A stretch of 60,457 nt of DNA, filler included, from Sphacelaria rigidula (lineage: Eukaryota), in assembly GCA_964200075.2 (NCBI GenBank). It is 10 parts of 10 records of this genome, joined end to end, with 100 filler letters (N's around TTAATTAATTAA, not from the genome) between each part and the next. Parts side by side here need not be neighbours in the genome. Positions count along the whole stretch, not along the records: positions 6,057 to 12,012 come from CAXNAA020023229.1; positions 12,113 to 18,068 come from CAXNAA020023230.1; positions 18,169 to 24,124 come from CAXNAA020023231.1; positions 24,225 to 30,180 come from CAXNAA020023232.1; 6 more parts are not named here. The stretch is one strand, 5' to 3'. Numbering within the stretch: position 1 is the stretch's first letter; every line of letters begins with the position of its first letter. Shown piece by piece: positions 11,913 to 24,496 of the stretch. The notes under the pieces are model-generated. The model did not search any database and was not told the origin of the DNA. It was given only the letters and a program-made list of their open reading frames with translations. The position numbers were made by a program, and so were the translations under genes.

Positions 11913-12134
11913 CCCCCCTCCCCCCATTCCAGTCGAGTGTATTTAGTTTTTCTGAGGCTACAGGCTCGCGCTTGGTGTTTGAGTGCAAGCCTGGTCCGGT
12001 GAAAACCCGGCGNNNNNNNNNNNNNNNNNNNNNNNNNNNNNNNNNNNNNNNNNNNNTTAATTAATTAANNNNNNNNNNNNNNNNNNNNNNNNNNNNNNNN
12101 NNNNNNNNNNNNCCCCCTAACACCACCACCACCC

Positions 12135-12143
12135 ACCCCCCCC

Positions 12144-12212
<69 letters not shown>

Positions 12213-12214
12213 AC
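12135..12214. repeat. poly(C) plus (CA)n microsatellite near the contig start
   Basis: Read directly. Confidence 0.95.
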
Positions 12215-12622
12215 GTTTCCCTAGATTGTTTCCGTGGTACGTGTTTCCGCCCGTATACTCCAGGTTGCGTACGGCGTACGTTTATATTGTGTGACTACGG
12301 GGAGGTTCGTCGCGGATCCGCCGATGCGGGACAATCAACTCGAATCAAATCGAATCGACAAGGGGTCCCGGGAAGGTTGAATCGCTGCACGTGGGCACAG
12401 CGGTATACCATCGTGGGCGAAAAGAGAGCAGGAAAACAAAAAGATGAACAGAAATTGGAATTTGACATTTTTTATACTAGATTGATTCTTTTCGTGCCGA
12501 AAGTATCTAGACTCCCTCTTCGCCCCTCTCCCTTCCCTCCACGGAGGACGAAGTAATGTCCATATATGTGAATGTGGGGGTTAAGGTGAGATACACGATA
12601 CAAATATGGGAAAAACAACGAC

Positions 12623-12878
12623 GACACTCTCTACGATAGCCTCCCCCCCCCAAAAAAAAAGTTGATGGTTTTGGGAGGCGAAATATTCACGTGAATCGAA
12701 ATGGGATGAGCCGAACACAACGAGCAGCTGGGGATTCCCACGGTTGGGTTCGTTCCAGCTTATGTCCCAAATATGAGGCGCTTTATGCAGCCTGAACTCA
12801 AAAATCAGGCGCATTATGACATTTTTTCTCGTGACCCTTTTTGGCTGGTTCCGGGGGGGGGCTATCGTAGAAAGTGTC
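12623..12878. mobile_element. ~255-bp MITE with GACACTYTCTACGATAGC(C)n TIRs and probable 4-bp TSD
   Basis: Inverted termini at ~12623-12650 and ~12853-12878; flanks CGAC/GGAC. Homologous to 57196-57444. Confidence 0.75.
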
Positions 12879-13160
12879 GGACCAAGACGAGAAGTTGAAG
12901 AGGAAGAGCACGTGAAGATATACGAGGGGTTGAGGGAGGGGGTAGGGATGAAAACATGTGTGCATGGCGCATTCAACTCTGCGAACAAGTTGAAACTTTG
13001 ATATCGGGTGGGGGACTTGGACCTGCCATAAAGAGGAGAGAGGTATACCAGTAGTCGGGTCTGGAGGAGGAAGGAGATGCACATGAATGACTTTGCCCCT
13101 GTGGCGACGCAGTCGAGTAGAACTCATATTGTGGAAGAAAATGAACCATAGCCAGTTGTA

Positions 13161-13531
13161 CCGGTGGCTCCGTTGGTAACCTCGAGTCCTTCTGACCGTT
13201 GGGCGGTGGATTTGAATCCCGGTGCAGTCACATGATCTGGGTTTTTTTCTCCCACGTCGCCCAACAGTGTGGGGAGCGACCATGTCGTGAGCGAGAGTAC
13301 GCAGAATTCGACTCCACGGTCGACGAGGGAAAGAGACTGCTGAGCCCCTCTCGCGATAGAAAACAAGGAAAGCACCGCAGCAGGTAGACGGAATATTGAA
13401 GCAAAAATAAGAAGAAACAAATTCTGTGTTTGCCTTCCTCTTATGTGACCCCGGCGGATGCGCCCAAATATGACGAAATCTGTACGCTGGCGTCCAGAGT
13501 AGATGGGGTGACAGTACAATACACACGCACG
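13161..13531 (+). mobile_element. tRNA-derived SINE-like element, family C
   Basis: A-box TGGCTCCGTTGG, B-box-like GATTTGAATCC, conserved body and CA-rich tail. Confidence 0.8.
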
Positions 13532-13763
13532 TGGGAGGAACGGGACGTGTTGGAGGGGAAAATGTGCGAGGTAGACAAGGGTGGCATCGAATGGTCTGGT
13601 AAAATAGATGAGAGAAAAATCTCGCTGTTGTAGGATAAAGACGTTGACCGCAGACGGCAACACAGGAATGGGGTATCCAATGTCGAAAAGCCGTCGTGTA
13701 ACGTATAGGAGAAACGTGAATAGTGCCGGGACGTTTAAAGTATCTTTCGTAGGAGTGGGAACG

Positions 13764-13863
13764 GTGCTCGGTCTCGAAAGGGATTCGTGGTCAATGGTCG
13801 AACGACTAAGGCGAGCAACAAATGAGTGCCCCCCTCCCCTCCCCTCCGCCCCCCTCCCTCTCC
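13764..13863 (+). mobile_element. Short poly(C)-tailed repeat, family B
   Basis: GTGCTCGGTCTCGAAAGGGATTCGTGGTCAATGGTCGAACGACTAAGGCGAGCAACAAATGAGTG followed by a C-rich tail. Confidence 0.75.
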
Positions 13864-15309
13864 AAGTTTGAAAAACATGGGTTGGCTTGCGGGTTAGGGT
13901 GCAGCCCCGAGCTCTGACTGTTAAGGTAAGGTCAAGGATCTGAAGTGCAGGCTGCTGGTGAAGAGTCAGGTTGGAGTGCTGAAAATAGTGAGGATATTGC
14001 TTTTATCATCATGTTGAAAGACGTTGTACCATGTGTAGTCGCAGTTTTTACCATGAACATAGAGTGTTTCCTTTTTATTGCTGTGTCTGTGTCGTCCTTT
14101 ATATCCCACGTGCTATGGGAGATATTGCCCCCAAATATACAACTCCCATGCACTCACTCCATCGCGTCTTGCATCCACACACTAGGCCATGTGAAGCGTA
14201 AGAGGGTCACAAACATCATCGACATTTTGCTCTTCTCCAGCGGGTGTACAGGCTCTGAGTTAGGAGTCCCCATCATTCCTGTATGCGAATACTCCCGTAT
14301 AGCATTATGATATGTGTACTCACAGCCCTCCCCCCCCGTCCCCTGCCGCCGCCGCGCCCCCGTCCATCTGTTATTTCGTGCTTTTGTTTTTGCCCCGCAC
14401 CTTGAATCCTTTTTCATCTGCTTGGAACCGTCCTCTGAATGCTGTCGCCCTGCTGGATACGGTTGGGTTGGTCCAACCGTTCGGCACCGTTTTGTCTGCG
14501 TGTACGTGTGTGTGACTGACTCCTTGGCTTTGGTCCGCACCGCTGCTGCCCCTCACAGTCTAGGAGGATATGATTTTGGCACGGGTGTCTAGAACGATTG
14601 GTTTAATTTTCAATTTTTCTCCTGTATTCATTCTATCTTCATTTCTTTATTTTTATCGTCCTGTTTTCCCCACGCGTTTAGTTGAGGTACCCTTGGGACG
14701 TTTTGGATATTTTGGAAAGATGAGCGGCATTAATTTCGGGGAACTTTTATATTTTCATGTATGAATCGCTTCGGGCGGGCTCGCGATGTCGAAATGTCGC
14801 TCTCGCAGGACGAAGAGCAATCGAGGAGGAGGTTGAAAAACCCCTTTGGTCCTATTTCCGTCACGATGAATGTAACGTGTCTGTGTTTTACGTTCGATGG
14901 AGGACGAGGAGCGCGGGGAAAATAGCATGAATCCCGCCTCTTTCCGTGTGGCGCACGTGGTTGAGTGTGGATATGTTCAGCCTCTACTGTACCCGATAGT
15001 AGAGTCTTGGAATTGACAAGTCGTGCTGTGGTACTGTGATTTCAGGATGTTGTATGTTTTCTATTTTTCCAGAGGCGCTCGTTGTAACAAGATGAATTAT
15101 GACGAGCTTTGTGTAGCTTCTGCAAAGCTGTCTAGCGACATCACGAAGTGTGACGTCATGTCTTTTGTTTTATTCTATCTTCTTCGGCGCCATTTTTCCC
15201 CTTCACATCAGACACTGAAAAAGAAAACCGGAGCCCTCCCCTTTTTTGTCGCCATCGTTCATCATATTTTCACTAGTCCGTTTCTTGATGCAACCGGGAA
15301 GGGGCCGAG

Positions 15310-16228
15310 ATTTGTGTTGCTGTGTATTCGATGTGTTCGTTATCTATCCGTACTTTCCCTATGAAGATTCGAACCTGGAAACTGGTGGAACAATTGCGTG
15401 TTTATGCCCGCCGCTTTTCCCAGCGGTGTTGATGTGTGCAGTAGTATGTGTGCCGTTCGTGATGGGTGGTCGTTGAGGCGGAGCTATCGGTTTAGTTCCT
15501 TCCTTATGGTTTGGCACGCACGTTGTGACAAGTGTGCGAAAGTTTGCGATAAACTACGACCACCACACCTCTCGTAGGAATGCTGAAATTGTGGTGTAAT
15601 GTCCTTGGCTGTGCTTCGGCTCCGTCGGAGTGATATGCTACGCTTCGGACGAATAGTGAAGGAAGCGGGAATGAATTAATCACGAGTTTGAGTGGTCACA
15701 GTGGTGTATGCAACCCCTGATGATGAGAGAGAAGTAGGACCCTTGCGGAGTCATGAAAATGTTGGGGGACCACTGTTTGTCTTGCTATGTATTCAGTGTG
15801 TTTGTTGTCCATCTGTACTTTCCCCGCGACGATTTGGTCCTGAAAACTGATGGAATAATTGCGTGTGTATGCTCGCTGCTTTCGTCAGCAGAATTGATGT
15901 TTTGCAGTAGTATGTGTGTCGTTGTGATGGGTGCTCGTTGAGTTGGAGCTATTGGTTTAGTTCCTCACTTATGTTTTAGCTCGCGCGTTGTGAGGAGTGT
16001 GTGAAGAGTTGCGAAAGGCTACAATTGTAGGATGCTGAAATCGTGGCGTGCTGTGCTGTGCTGTGCTTTAATATGCTGTACTGTACTGTGCTGTGGCCCC
16101 GTCGGAGTAATGAGCGACGTTTTTGACGAATAGTAAAAGGAAATGGGGATGAATGATCACGGGTTTGTGTGATCACGGTGTAGCCCACCCCTGATGATGA
16201 CAGAAGCAGGACTCTTGCGGAGTCATGA
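15310..16228 (+). repeat. Diverged tandem duplication, 2 x ~450-470 bp
   Basis: Units at ~15310-15756 and ~15775-16228 share colinear blocks such as CAGTAGTATGTGTG and CTTGCGGAGTCATGA. Confidence 0.85.
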
Positions 16229-17019
16229 CAAGGAAAGAGTTTCACATTCGGGTCCAGGTATTCCTCCTTGAGGGGTCCCCAGAGTTGGGAACTACACAAA
16301 AATATAGCTTGGGACATTTTCGTTTTATAATACATCGAAATATTCCTAGCCTATCGTATTATTGCCTGTCGTGACGCGGTCTCACATATTTCAGACGTTG
16401 GTTTTGGGATGAGGTGAAGGTCTCCTGACAGTTCACCCCGAGAAATGCACCCCCCAAACCCCTCCTGGCGTCTCTCCTGTGTGTGTCCACGACAAATTGT
16501 CCGTTCGTGGATTGATTGATTGATTGATTGATTGAATAAATTGTTTTGTTCGTGGAGGAAAGATGGTAACATAACACCAGCTCCGAAGTACTCTCCTTTA
16601 TGTGGAACTTCTCCTCTTTCCTGAGGACGCGAGTTTAGTGAGGGGTTCGCCGAAATTTTTCAAGGGTCGGACAAATAATTCGTCTGAAAATTACTTCGTT
16701 ATAGTATGATAAGTCGACTCATGTCGAATCAATCCCCAGGCTTTATTTCAGCGTTGCATCCAGGTACACGCACCCCAGACACGTGGAATGGCCCAAAAGC
16801 TGCGTGGATACCCCTCGGACCAGCGATTAACTTTTTCCTCCCTTTTGGGCAAAGAGGTCCAAGGAATCGTGAATTTGGTGATTTTGAGTAATGATGATTT
16901 GTCCTAACCGTGAAATCTTTTGCCTACCGAACGGTATAATATATTCAGTACGTCGCCGACGACGACTGATGCCGCGGTAGCGCTCCGGAGAAAAGTGGCT
17001 GGTTCGAGGAGGCAATTTT

Positions 17020-17231
17020 TGCACGTGAATGATGAATAAAGGAAGCCGATAACACCGAGCAGCTGGGAACTCCTACGCTTGGGATCGTTATCTCTAATGT
17101 TGCCGGTATGAGGCGCTTCATGCAGTCCGAAACCAGGTGTCATGCGCTGTATGACCACTTTCTTCGTGCTGGGACCACTTTCTTCATGCTGGCTTCGGGG
17201 CTGGTTTGTAGTGGGACTATCGCGGTATATC
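17020..17231 (+). repeat. Diverged relative of the 12623/57196 MITE
   Basis: Shares CACGTGAAT, CGAGCAGCTGGG and TATGAGGCGCTTYATGCAG, and ends in a degenerate right TIR. Confidence 0.55.
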
Positions 17232-18168
17232 ACTCAGCCATTTTGTTCCCCCCATTATTGCCGCCACCTTTTGCGATGAAGAGATGTCTTTCGAAAGTAC
17301 CGATAGTCATGTAAGTATATCTCCGGATATTTGTGCTGGATGAAGGAGAGTACTTCGGAGAACTCTGTTGGTCCTCTGGGTATTGAGCGGAATATGCGGT
17401 CAGGAAAAACGACTTTTCGTGTTGTCGCTTATGGTTGTCTCTTGACCTTGCTGTCAAGAGCAGGGCCAGCCTTTGAGCGGATCTGTAGGTGAAGGATCCA
17501 TTCCCGCTCGAACTGTGAAAGTTGGACTTTGAAAATTGGCATCGAGGATTGCCAGGGCATATTGAAACAAAAGATTTCGGGACTATGAAATATTTTTCTC
17601 ATTGACTGAGGGCGACAACAAAAAAAGCCGCTTCCATTACAGTATAATGACCTCAAGTCATGAAAAAATGACGATATTTCAAGGGTCTGTGAAAAGAAAT
17701 GTTTCGGACACGGAGCCCCACCCCCACCCCCTCCCGGAGGCAATTTATCGGGATATTTTTGTGATATTTTTGTGATTTCTTTGTTTTTGTCGACGTTGAA
17801 ACAACTTTAGCAACACTGACAAGAACTGAAGAGTCTGGCGGGCTTTGCGAGGTTCGTATGTTTGCTTTTGGTCCTTGCCCGCTCTGTCCCGATGGACTCG
17901 GATGCCGGCAACGCCTACACACATCTACGTACGAAACACGAGCGCACGGTAGCGACAGCCTGTAGTCAAAGTAGCGAGATAATCTCACACCTATTTTCCC
18001 GGACTACTAGTAACAGTAGTTTCGTGAGATTGAGAGTCTACGATACGATTGAGAGTAGGCTTTTCATTNNNNNNNNNNNNNNNNNNNNNNNNNNNNNNNN
18101 NNNNNNNNNNNNTTAATTAATTAANNNNNNNNNNNNNNNNNNNNNNNNNNNNNNNNNNNNNNNNNNNN

Positions 18169-20243
18169 GGAATCTCAAAGCGCCCACACAGGATGAAGTT
18201 ACTGAACTTTCAAGGAAAGGTATGCTACATACGGATGATGATGGTATAGTTCTGTTAGTTCGCCGGCCCACAGCAGCCCTCCCCAGGGGAAAGCCTACAA
18301 GTCAACATGCCCGCTTGCTAGGTGATGAACCCGTCCGCATCTATGTCCCGATGCTACTGCGCCCATGGGTTCTACACGAATGCCATTCACAGGCATCAAC
18401 TCATTTAGGCGCCATTAGGACCTCCCCGATTTCGGAACGTTTTTATTGGTGGGTTTGTATGGATCAGTGTTGTCGATGGTGGGTGAGGCGCTGTCTCTTG
18501 TGTCAAGCGCGAAAAACTTCTCGTCAAACAGTTCGTTGGCCGATTGTTTCCATGCCACTCCCAAACGGACCTAGTGAAGTAGTGTCGTGGGACTATTTTG
18601 GTCCTTTGCCCCTGACGGATAGTGGGAATAAGTATATTTTGTTGTTTACGGATAGATTTAGTCGACATGCGGTGATGCACGCCGTCCCACCCAGTAGTTG
18701 TACCGCGGAAGGTACCGCCAACATTCTTGTCTACATGCACATCCCACTGTGGGGTGTGCCCAACGCTTATTATCTGACAACGGCCCGAATGTTTTAGGCA
18801 AACTTTCTGCCGCTGTCAGTGACCTTTTGGGTGCCCACCGCATTTTTACTAGTTCATATCACCCTTCCACCAATGGTGGAACAGAACGAGTGAACCATAT
18901 GATGACGCAGATGCTTGCTGCTGTAGCGAATGAGAGACAGATGGACTGGGATCTGCACCTGCCCCTTGTCCAGATAAACTACAACAATTCAGTCAATGCC
19001 ACTATGGGATTGTCGCCGAATGAAATTCATATTGGACGCATGCCTCGGTTACCTTTAACGGTATTCGAACGCAAAAATAGAGGTGGACATCAGAGTCTAG
19101 ATCGTGACGTTGCAGAGTATCATTTGTCGGTTAGCAATCGTCTCCGTCTTGCATATGAAGTGGTACGAGAACAGAACCAAATCAATTTGGCCAAGGTGGC
19201 CAGGGCGAACTCGATGTTGGATGATGTGGTGCATAACCGCCCGGTGTGGAAGGTAGGCCAATGGGCATGGGTGTATAACGATGTGAAGACCATCAATCAA
19301 GGGGCTAGCTCAAAATCATCATCTTTGGATAAAGTGTTGAAGGCGAAACTGTCCTTGAATTGGACTGGTCCTTGGGAAATTTTAGATGTTGGTCCGAGCG
19401 CTACCGCACCCGACAAGAGTCCGGTGGGAGCGAAACTTTTGTATTTAGATTTTCCCACGGATGAACCTGGTTTGAAACCGAAAAATCGCGTCTCGATGCT
19501 ACGATGCAAACCGTGCATCCCCCCTCATGACTCTTCTGACATGCCCAAACAACTGCCGGTAGGGCTTAGCCAGTATGTGTTGATCAAGTATGCGATCAAA
19601 ACTCCGCCGTATCATATAACGGTCGAGGATGCGGACGCACCCCTGGAACGCGTTGAGGTAAAAAGGATTTCGGGCCATCAACTGGTTCGTGGTCGTGGAG
19701 GTAAGATAGCGGTAATGTATTACACACATTGGAAGGGTATCATGCGTGTTACATGGGAGCGTGAGCTTGATTTGCGTCACTCTATTCGGGAAATATTCCT
19801 GTACTGGGTAGGAGATACCGTCCAACACCGCCCGCTGAATAGGAGATATCGGTCGATGCGCACGGGAGCTGCCGCTCGAGAACTGGCACGTGAACACTCA
19901 GCGCGGTTTGTTGTGACAGGATATAGCCTTCTTTCGCTTTCACAATACATGCAGTGTCCACGGGAAACGATTGCCGAAAGGGTCGTATTTTTGGTATAAG
20001 GCTTTGGATTCACTGTGGTGGTTGGGAAAAATTCATTTGATCGACCCTGCAACTGACCACTCCTACTTTATCCGTTTCCTTGATGACCCGAGCCCCCTTA
20101 AGATTCGCTTGGATGATTCGTACTACACCGAGGAGCCGACCGCTCGGAGGGGATCCTGGTGCCTCCAACGACACGACCTAGGCGAACTCGAAACAGCCGT
20201 TCTACGGAACATGGACACCGCTTGGGATGCAGATGACTCATGA
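18169..20243 (+). pseudogene. Ty3/gypsy LTR-retrotransposon pol 3' part: integrase, chromodomain-like and Tudor/PWWP-like segment; two frameshifts
   Basis: HHCC zinc motif (LHECH..HLG...CLLCQ), D-D-E core (SWDYFGPLP, LLSDNG, YHPSTNGGTERVN), GPY/F-like WTGPWEI and chromo-like ISGHQ...YYTHWKG...TWE. Frameshifts near 18760 and 19975. Confidence 0.92.
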
Positions 20244-21483
20244 TGCCGCATCCGAGTCTGCTTCCCCATTCACCTTGCGTAGTGTACCGCGTTTGAGTCG
20301 CTTGTCTTGCATTGTCGCGTCGTTGGACAACCATGTGTTCCCCCCTCTCCCCCATTTCATTTTTTTTCGTACTGATTAGCCCCGTACTTGTAGCGTTTGA
20401 TGAGTGTCGGTGTGTCGTGTTTGGTATTTGGCCTTTCGTTTTGTATTTCATATTCTTTGTTTTTGTGTTGCGTTTTGTTTTTTGTTGCTTTGGACCCTGT
20501 TTTGTTTTTGCTTCGATTGTCTTTGCCTTTGTTGTCCTTGTTTCATTTTGTTTTTGTCTTCTTTTCTTTCGCCTCGTCCTTTGTGTTCGATTTTTTGTGT
20601 TCAATGGGTACTTTTCTTGGTACTTCTGGGTTCATCTGGCGAAGTACAAGTGACGACCGTTCTATTCCTGACCCCGAGTCTGGAACCTTGAACCTCCGTC
20701 CTCCGCGCCATACATTCACAACCATTCCGTCCACCGGAACAGTTGCCACGAGTTGATAATGTCTTCATTTGTTTTTCGTTGTACACACATGTTGTCTTGC
20801 TTTGTTATTACATGGTCTTTATCTTTGATTTTTTTTGTTTCGATGGAAGTGTTTCTGGAGCAAGCGCTGGCCATACCTGACGCCCACGTCTGGAGTACTT
20901 GCGCTCTTGTTCAATCGCTCCGCACGCGAATGCCGCCTCCCTCTTCGGGATCGGTTATGAGGTGCCTTTTTTCGTGTCATATGTTGTCGGTATTTCTCTT
21001 CATTTTCTTTTGCCTTTTCGGTTGAGAGTTTTAGGAGCGAGCGCTGCATATACCTGACCTCCCCGTCTGGAATAATGACGCTCTTGCCCAACCGCCCCGT
21101 ACACGCATACCGCTTACCCCTGCAGGATCGGTAATGACGTGTCCTCTTTCTGTGCGCGTACCACGTTGATTTTATATTGACATGGGTTGCCTGGAATGTT
21201 TTTACCTTCATGGCTGAAATTTTTTTATCCTGCTTGCTTCATACACACGATAACCGCTCCCGTTTACAAGGACGATCGCCACGTGTTGTTTTTCTGCCTT
21301 GTGTTGAGGATTTTCGTTTTCGCTGTTGCCCAGCGTGCCCCTGGTTATTTATTTTGGTTTTGGTTTCTGCGTCCATGTCGGGAATTTCGCCACGAGTGTT
21401 CCAATTTTTCTGACCCTCGAGTCTAGAAACCTTGGCCTATTTTGTGTTTGCGAGTCCTGCCGCATGTGACCGACCTCGTTTAT

Positions 21484-22130
21484 AGGAGGGGCACGGGTAA
21501 TGAATGCGACGCGATGATTTATACTTTGGTGATTGATAAGTTACAACGAGGCCACCACTGGCCGCGTCGTACATAGCGGTGTTGAAGAATTGTTATTGAA
21601 GTCGCAGTATGATCGGTTGCAAACGTCTCCTCATACAGGACCATCACGTATCATGATGAGGTAGGTCGCACTTTCGGAACTGTCCGTTCCGCCATGTCGA
21701 TATTCGACCGTTAGTACAGCCTACAGGCTCAGAGTCCGCCACTCGCTATTTTTTCTGTCACTTTCACCAGTTTCTGCGTACAATTACCCGCCCCTGAAAA
21801 TGGTCGGTGGTGTTTTGTTTTTATCAGGGATTATTATTGGACGAAGTAACGTGACGGTACGACCGGCTGTGGTTTTTACTCCAGTTTGTGTTCGGGCCAG
21901 TCTCGTTTTAGTCCGAACGGGCAAATACTGTGAAGAGTGGGCTGCCTTGGTCCTCTCTGTCCTGTGTATTTGTCGTGGTTCAGAAATGTGTTGGGTGATC
22001 CGCCTCGGAACTCCGCAGTAGGCCCGAAGGTTGTGTATTGTTCGCCACGTTTGTTTTGACGTGTACGGACACCTGACCTCACAAACCGGTCAGTTGTTCT
22101 CGTATCGTCGAGTGAGAAAAAAAAAAACAT
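21484..22130 (+). mobile_element. Putative polypurine tract and start of the gypsy 3' LTR (right end uncertain)
   Basis: Purine-rich AGGAGGGGCACGGGTAA is immediately followed by TG at 21501, downstream of the integrase and a T-rich UTR. Confidence 0.4.
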
Positions 22131-24496
22131 ATATATATATATATATATGCTGTACGACTGGATCATCAACCAGACGTCCCCAGCAAGTCGTTCTCACAAA
22201 CAAGTACCGACAACTAACTCACGCCAAACGAGTTGATTTGTCCGTATCATTTTTTTTGTTTTGTTTTTCATCACCGTGTGGTTTTCGCGGGAAACTACCA
22301 TTTCCGCGACGAACTCGGCTGTACGTTGTTTGCTTTTACTGATTGACTGGGACGAGTGATTAGCATGGACTTGGTTATCGAAGTGATATAATGCCTTGGC
22401 GGGCTTGCTTGTTTTTCTACCAATGACCCAACACAAATCGGACATTCGAAAAAGAGCGAACTATTTATTCATGATATAGTCATGGCAGGGTAGAATAACC
22501 GTCTCAATCATTGGTCTCTGATTTCCTGTACCTATCACGGAAATGCTTACGACATTCTGGAGACTGCATTTATGGATATGGTTTGATTGTTGTTTTTGGG
22601 TCATATTTTTTTTGTTTTATTTTTTCTTTCCCGTAACCCCGTCTGAAGAACTCACGGAACATGAGGACACCGAATCATTGTATCGGTTCGATTATTTTCT
22701 CTTTGCTTTGTGCTTGTGATGGTAAGTTCCTGATTTTTTGTTGATCGCCCCTTCCCGTTTCCCGTACCCAAGAGGACTCGATCTTCAAATGGAGCCTCAA
22801 TTTTCTGTGGTGTTGAAGAGGTGTGGCTCGATGCAAGTTCGTCCCTTATGAAAAGTGACTGCACTTGAACGATCCAGGGTGGGCCAATGTGATGGTAAAT
22901 GGCTGAGTGCCTGAATTAAAAGTAGTTCCTTGTGGATATGCAGATGGTCCCTAGAAACGACCAGCGGGTATGGAAGGATTTTAGTCGAATGTGTGTATGA
23001 GGCAGAATTCGATCCTTGTATTGTTGACGCAGCGGGTTGAAGGTAGAAGGACTGTACCCGATCAGACGCGTGTACCTACTGCCACTACAGCTTTGATTGG
23101 CTTAAGGTACAGTGCGCCACGTTGAGTGGTATTTATATGACAAGATTGTATGCGTAGCTAGGAGTTTTTGAGGGTAATCGTGTGCCGCATCGCCCACGCA
23201 GCCCACTGGCAACCCACCGCCAGAAACAGCTACCGTAGAACTAATGACAAGAACGACCTTCAGCTTTCACCTGTTCTGCGCGACGTCTCCCCTTCTGCCG
23301 GCAAGCTGTGACGAGCTATAACACGAGTAAGTCGCAAGTAATATAACCCCTTGATGTCCAGTGGTGTTTTCCTTTTCAGAAAGAGTTCAGTGCTTACTTT
23401 CAATAACAGCTGTCCGCTGTTGACGAGTGCCTTGTGCGAGAGAAACCTACAGTTTGAGTGTAACAAGTCAATCCAGGACCGCGGCAGACACCTCACAAGG
23501 GTGTGGCTTGCTTGCGTTCGGTGTATATGGCACTACTGCTTGCGGTTGTTGCTTATACTTCCACATCAGCCACCACTGGGAAACATCTCGCTTGCAAGTA
23601 AGTCAAGAGCACCTCTTCTGCACGTGAAAGTGAGTCCCTGCTTGGCCTTGCGATGCAGTGCTTATCGGACTCGATGGTCTATTACTCACGAGCCCAAGGG
23701 TCATTCCCCTCGACTGCAATTGTTCAATGTGGCCAGCCGCTGATCTCGTGTCACCCCGGGCCGGGCGTGTTCTTTGAGAGTGACGCCAGTATCACCTCGT
23801 AATCAGACCACGACAACTGTGTCAACTACACAATGACGGTAGATGGCGGAATATAACACGCCTACATGACGAAATATGAAATCACATCCATGCCCTCGGG
23901 GCATACATGTATGAAAGATACGGCATAGATGGGCAGGGAATAACAGTGATCGAAAAAACAACAGGGGATGAAAGGGAAGGGCAATGTATTGCCTACAAAA
24001 ACAAATCCGACTGTAAGCCTGCAAAATGAATCTTCGACACGTTACACGTGACCAGATAACAACAAATTGTGAGAATTGAGGTTTAACTTCGAGATGAGGC
24101 TCAAGCCTAAAACAGTGCTTTCCCNNNNNNNNNNNNNNNNNNNNNNNNNNNNNNNNNNNNNNNNNNNNTTAATTAATTAANNNNNNNNNNNNNNNNNNNN
24201 NNNNNNNNNNNNNNNNNNNNNNNNGTCCACACATACGTCAAGCTTCAGTATCATCAGACGCCTGGTGTACTGTGTTGGGGCGCCTAATCTTCACAAATAC
24301 CGCCTCCATATTATTGAAAAGGAATAACACTGAGCGGTGCACTTGCCGGTGAATTCAAACCTGATATTTCTGTAATAATAGTAATAAATATCTTCGCCTT
24401 TTATTTTTTCTTGTATCGCGTATGTGTGAATTTTCCTGGTGTAAGAATCTCTCGAACATTTATGCGGCGATCGACGTAGATTTCCCCCGCTGCGTG

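Noticed and set aside
20098..20756. K/T-rich and hydrophobic ORFs (env-like) after the gypsy integrase
   Set aside because: Explained by a T-rich low-complexity UTR; no recognisable motifs.
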